Origin: Cylindrospermopsis raciborskii Cr2010
GTDB taxonomy: Bacteria > Cyanobacteriota > Cyanobacteriia > Cyanobacteriales > Nostocaceae
NCBI RefSeq assembly: GCF_003367075.2
Contig: NZ_CP065936.1
Location: 870,001 to 902,000 of the forward strand
Reading direction: 5' to 3'
DNA: 32,000 bases
The notes under the pieces: model-generated
Seen by the model: only the letters and a program-made list of their open reading frames with translations
What the model was told of the DNA's origin: nothing
The model's database searches: none
Shown: piece by piece, positions 28,004-32,000 of the stretch
How the letters are laid out: the number at the start of each line of letters is the position of its first letter
Numbering within the stretch: position 1 is the stretch's first letter
Translations under genes and position numbers: made by a program

Positions 28004-28546
28004 AGTAAATTACGCTTAATCAATATTACTTACTTTGCTTACTTTATAGTAGCGAGGAATTAGCAATTAACCTAATATAACCTTTTCCTAATTATTTAGA
28101 ATGAGCTATTAGTCTGTAAATCAATCTTCCTCTATCATATATATGATAAATTAGTCAATATATCCTAGGGTAGATATTAACTATATCTTAGGATAGATGA
28201 GACAGGGGGGAAAACGTTATATCTTCTACATGAGATATAACTAAGGTCTATTCGTAGGGAATACTCTAGTCAGAGCTGGGTTGTTTTAACAATTGCAGTT
28301 AATCAATTATCAAATTTCTCAGTTGCATTCCCCCTTGCTTGCAAAAAACATTAATGACTTCAAAATACCTCTAAAAGGTCTCTACCTACATAGAAACTAA
28401 TTAGGGGTATTTTTATCGATTCTGAATCAGGATTGGTTAATACAAAAATCATCACTTATCATCACTCAATCATATATAGCTGTAGCCATCAAGATTAGGA
28501 CATAAACTAGTCAACTATAAGAGTTCCCATAATTAAACTGTACTAC

Positions 28547-29302
28547 TAATATTTGATATTCCCCTATTTGCTAAAGAGCGATCGCTTGTAGGTAGGTACA
28601 ATTATTTATAGGATAGGTTGGGGGTGTTGGGTTTCATACTTCAACCCAACCTACATTTTCTTATATTTAATTCCACTCACTAGTATTTGATATTCGCGAT
28701 CGCTTGTAGGTAGGTACAATTATTTATAGGATAGGTTGGGGGTGTTGGGTTTCATACTTCAACCCAACCTACATTTTCTTATATTTAATTCCACTCACTA
28801 GTATTTGATATTCGCGATCGCTTGTAGGGAGGCACAATTATTTGTAGGATGGGTTGGGGATGTTGGGTTTCATACTTCAACCCAACCTACATTTTCTTAT
28901 ATTTAATTCCACTCACTAGTATTTGATATTCGCGATCGCTTGTAGGGAGGCACAATTATTTGTAGGATGGGTTGGGGATGTTGGGTTTCATACTTCAACC
29001 CAACCTACATTGTCTTATATTTAATTCCACTCACTAGTATTTGATATTCGCGATCGCTTGTAGGGAGGTACAATTATTTGTAGTATGGGTTATCCATGCG
29101 GGTGTTGGGTTTCATACTTCAACCCAACCTACATTGTCTTATATTTAATTCCACTCACTAGTATTTGATATTCGCGATCGCTTGTAGGGAGGTACAATTA
29201 TTTGTAGTATGGGTTATCCATGCGGGTGTTGGGTTTCATACTTCAACCCAACCTACATTGTATTATATTTAATTCCACTCACTAGTATTTGATATTCGCG
29301 AT
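28547..29302 (+). repeat. Tandem array of 6 full copies plus a 20-nt partial copy of a 118-124 bp unit
   Basis: Unit boundaries: 28547-28680 (5' part divergent), 28681, 28799, 28917, 29035, 29159, and a partial copy at 29283-29302. Each unit carries GCGATCGC, TTGTAG-N17-TAG(G/T)AT, and the hairpin GTTGGGTT/tcatacttc/AACCCAAC followed by CTACATT(T/G)T. Confidence 0.9.
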
Positions 29303-29432
29303 TGATATTCTATCACAGCAGAATTTTTCCCATCTTTGGTAATTACACCGGAAGTCCATAAAATAGCGATCGCAATTAATTTCAAGCGAGGAATCTAGGC
29401 GCCCATTTTTTTCCCATGGTGGGGGTTGACTA

Positions 29433-29461
29433 TTGACCTTTGGACGTGATACCCTGATAAT
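29433..29461 (+). promoter_or_regulatory. Possible promoter: TTGACC (29433-29438), 17 nt spacer, GATAAT (29456-29461)
   Basis: Hexamers were read from the sequence. It lies about 350 nt upstream of the next CDS, so it would give either a long leader or a separate transcript. Confidence 0.3.
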
Positions 29462-29807
29462 GAAAATCTGTCCACTTTTTTTGCAAATGCTCACACTCCA
29501 TTATACTCAACTTTCATAGTACCACATTTTTACCCCTTCGACCACAGAAAAACTTATCTCAACCCCCTATAAACATAATTTTTTCTTATTATTTACCCCT
29601 ATATATACATATATAAATAATTTGACCAGGCAATCCCGTGGGTTTTTTGGGTTTTCTCAACCCCAACCGAGGAAAATCTATATAGAAGATAAATCCTTTT
29701 GCTATTATAGCTTTAGTCAGAACGGTGGGTAAAAGTGAGAGTAGGCGTTTTGACTCATTTTCGGGCTATAAAGCCAAAACAGTTAAGTAGGTTATAAAGC
29801 GAATTGC

Positions 29808-31829
29808 ATGAAAAGTAAACAGAAAAAAGCCAATCAAATACTAACAGGTGTTGTTACACTCACCATAGTCTTTTCGCCCAGTTCCGTCCTGGCAAACCCA
29901 CCGCGAAATCCAGGCAAAATCGTCAACTGTGAAATTCTCATTGTAGGTGGTGGACTTTCAGGAATTGCCACAGCTTACGAAAGTTTACTAGCAGGGAACA
30001 CAGTTTGTTTAACCGAAATAACTGACTGGTTAGGGGGACAAATTTCCGCCCAGGGTACATCAGCGCTAGATGAAAGACCAACCCAACGGATCAAAAGATT
30101 TTACTCTCGCGGATATTTAGAATTAAGAGACCGAATTGCAAAAAAATATGGGACAATTAACCCCGGTGACTGTTGGGTAAGCGACTCTTGTTTTCTCCCC
30201 GGGGATGGTCATCGGATTCTTTACCAAATGTTGCAAGACGCACAAAACAAAGGAAGAGGAAAATTACACTTTTTTCCCAATACCGTGGTTAAAGATCTAG
30301 AGATTTCTCAAAATGGTAAGATCATTAACAGTGCGATCGCAATTCAACATCAACCAGCGAAAAATGCACCACCTCTGAACACCTTCCCCCTATCTGAGAC
30401 CATAGAGGATTCTTACAGTTATAAAAACTCATCCCGCTTGGATAAAACCATCATTCGTTTTGTTGCCAAAACATCACCAAAAACCAAACAATGGTATATT
30501 ATAGATACTACTGAAACTGGGGAAATTATTGCTCTAGCAGATGTACCCTATCGTCTGGGAGTAGATCCCATTTCCTATCTGGAACCTTCATCTTCCAGTA
30601 CCACAGGGGATCCCTATTGTACCCAAGGTTTTACCTATACCTTTGCCATGGAGGCCACAAAAGAGCCACAAAACCAAACCATGCCAGCATTTTATCCCCA
30701 ATATGCTCCCTATTTTAGCTATGAACTACCCAGACTGGCCAACTTTGATTTAGTTTTCACCTATCGTCGTATTTGGAGTCCCCAAACAGGTCCATGGAGT
30801 AGATTTGGGGGAATTAATTTTACCACTCCCACTCCTGGAGATATATCCATGCAGAACTGGACTTGGGGTAATGACTACCGTCCAGGAACAGCCCAGGATA
30901 ATTTAATTTATACTCGCCAACAGTTACAATCCACAGGTCAATTGAATCCAGGTGGATGGATGGGAGGAATGAGAACGGAAACTCTCCGCAAAGGAGAAGA
31001 AAACGCCCTTGCCTATTATTACTGGCTAGTAGCGGGAAATACGGATAGTTTACTGGGTGAAAACATCAAACAACCCCAACCAAATCACATTTTATTAACT
31101 GGTTTGAACTCACCCATGGGAACTGAACATGGGTTATCAAAATATCCTTATATGAGGGAGGGAAGAAGAATTATTGGTCGTCCTAGTTGGGGACAACCCC
31201 AAGGGTTTAGTATTTGGGAAGTGGATATTTCTCGTCGCAATTATAATGATGAATATTACCGCAAAACCCTGTCACCAGCTATGTATCGTCAGTTGAAAGC
31301 AACCCTTGCAGGATTAGAAGCAACTTCTGTAATTACAGGTAAACTACCATCAGATAGGATAGTAAATCGTAGTCGCTCCACAATTTTTCCAGATGCAGTA
31401 GGTATCGGACATTATGCTATAGATTTTCATCCTTGTATGGATAAAAGTCCACCAGAAGCACCAAGTAATATAGAACGTCCTGGAGAAAGAAGGGGTGCTG
31501 GTTATGCTTATCCTTTTCAAATTGCACTGCGAGCAATGATCCCCCAAAAAATTGATAATTTAATAGTTGGGGGTAAAAGCATTGCTACTAGTCACATCGC
31601 TGCTGCTGCTTATCGAGTCCATTCTTTTGAATGGTCTTCCGGTGCTGCTGCTGGGACTGTAGCGAGTTTTGCACTGAGGAAAAATATATTTCCCTATGAG
31701 TTGGTTGATAATTTACCGAGATTCGAACCTAAGTTACAGATGCTCAGGAAAATTCTTGACCAGAACGGAAATCCAACTGCTTTTCCTGATACTTCCATTT
31801 TTAATCAAAGTTGGGAAGATTGGAGATAG
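29808..31829 (+). CDS. Secreted or periplasmic FAD-dependent oxidoreductase family protein
   Basis: 673 aa. Signal-peptide-like N-terminus (KKANQILTGVVTLTIVFSPSSVLA) followed by the dinucleotide-binding motif ILIVGGGLSGIATAYE. Substrate unknown. Confidence 0.7.
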   Translation: MKSKQKKANQILTGVVTLTIVFSPSSVLANPPRNPGKIVNCEILIVGGGLSGIATAYESLLAGNTVCLTEITDWLGGQISAQGTSALDERPTQRIKRFYSRGYLELRDRIAKKYGTINPGDCWVSDSCFLPGDGHRILYQMLQDAQNKGRGKLHFFPNTVVKDLEISQNGKIINSAIAIQHQPAKNAPPLNTFPLSETIEDSYSYKNSSRLDKTIIRFVAKTSPKTKQWYIIDTTETGEIIALADVPYRLGVDPISYLEPSSSSTTGDPYCTQGFTYTFAMEATKEPQNQTMPAFYPQYAPYFSYELPRLANFDLVFTYRRIWSPQTGPWSRFGGINFTTPTPGDISMQNWTWGNDYRPGTAQDNLIYTRQQLQSTGQLNPGGWMGGMRTETLRKGEENALAYYYWLVAGNTDSLLGENIKQPQPNHILLTGLNSPMGTEHGLSKYPYMREGRRIIGRPSWGQPQGFSIWEVDISRRNYNDEYYRKTLSPAMYRQLKATLAGLEATSVITGKLPSDRIVNRSRSTIFPDAVGIGHYAIDFHPCMDKSPPEAPSNIERPGERRGAGYAYPFQIALRAMIPQKIDNLIVGGKSIATSHIAAAAYRVHSFEWSSGAAAGTVASFALRKNIFPYELVDNLPRFEPKLQMLRKILDQNGNPTAFPDTSIFNQSWEDWR

Positions 31830-31845
31830 GAGGGATTTTCCGGGT

Positions 31846-32000
31846 TTAATCACCATGAATTAATTGTTGAAATCTGGGGTCATGGTTGATGTCATCAAAG
31901 TCTATATCACCTGCAGCGTCTTCCCTATAACTAGGTTTGTTTTTTATAGCTTGTTGCAAATTGATCAAGGCTAATTCTACATTCTTTTGTAGTGCATAAC
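31846..32000 (-). CDS. C-terminal end of a probable TPR-repeat protein (5' part lies outside the window)
   Basis: My own translation of the minus strand gives ...YALQKNVELALINLQQAIKNKPSYREDAAGDIDFDDINHDPRFQQLIHGD*, with the stop at 31846-31848. It resembles the terminal TPR plus tail seen in many cyanobacterial TPR proteins. It is too short to appear in the ORF track. Confidence 0.4.
   Translation of the reverse strand, partial: YALQKNVELALINLQQAIKNKPSYREDAAGDIDFDDINHDPRFQQLIHGD

Noticed and set aside
28547-29302. Possible CRISPR array
   Set aside because: The repeats are contiguous, with no unique spacers between them. The unit (118-124 bp) is far longer than a CRISPR repeat, and no cas genes are nearby.
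28547-29302. Identity with the Nostocales NsiR1 tandem sRNA repeats
   Set aside because: Only the architecture (tandem units, each with promoter-like and terminator-like elements) is analogous. I see no TCCGGA (DIF-type) box in the unit, the neighbouring gene is not hetF-like, and I cannot match the sequence from memory. It is reported only as an analogy.
29282-29494. 70 aa minus-strand ORF in the gene-free zone
   Set aside because: It begins within the last repeat units, has a cysteine- and arginine-rich odd composition and no recognisable motif, and overlaps a plus-strand promoter-like element. It is probably spurious.

Overview
This looks like a chromosomal segment of a filamentous (Nostocales-type) cyanobacterium. 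The basis is the many HIP1 palindromes (GCGATCGC, e.g. near 2921, 9995, 10082, 11876, 19401, 20508, 26426, 26859, 26907, 30335, and once per unit of the tandem array), AT-rich intergenic DNA and the gene content. I ran no database search. Most of the window is housekeeping: ung (5'-truncated by the window edge), gatB, argJ, glcE, glcF, a class-IV aminotransferase (PabC-like), ftsH, tilS, a DHH phosphoesterase, an HNH protein, alr, tRNA-Leu(UAG), aspS and miaB. Six things stand out. (1) A tight three-gene operon (6122-8466, minus strand) encodes orphan proteins that are paralogous to each other through a shared 'DGDI' module; the last one ends in a multi-pass membrane domain. (2) A cheW-mcp-cheA-like operon (12184-15679, minus strand) has a CheA homologue with no Hpt domain and every ATP-binding box destroyed, and an MCP whose sensor is a cytoplasmic TPR domain. 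(3) A ~0.56 kb direct duplication of the cheW-5'/tilS-3' junction brackets a 3.4 kb insert. The insert carries a glycosyltransferase, two SAM methyltransferases and an LD-carboxypeptidase gene fragment, and the event left a tilS pseudogene and a cheW 5' relic. (4) A 1.8 kb gene-free zone (28004-29807) contains six and a fraction tandem copies of a 118-124 bp unit; each copy has a HIP1 site, promoter-like boxes and a hairpin followed by a T-run. (5) The gatB-argJ spacer holds a candidate ~50 nt sRNA with phased A-tracts, a near-consensus promoter and an intrinsic terminator. (6) A PD-(D/E)xK-fold orphan gene sits next to the tRNA. No transposase, integrase, CRISPR array or rRNA is visible. All functional calls rest on motifs I recognised by eye in the supplied translations and are not verified by search.
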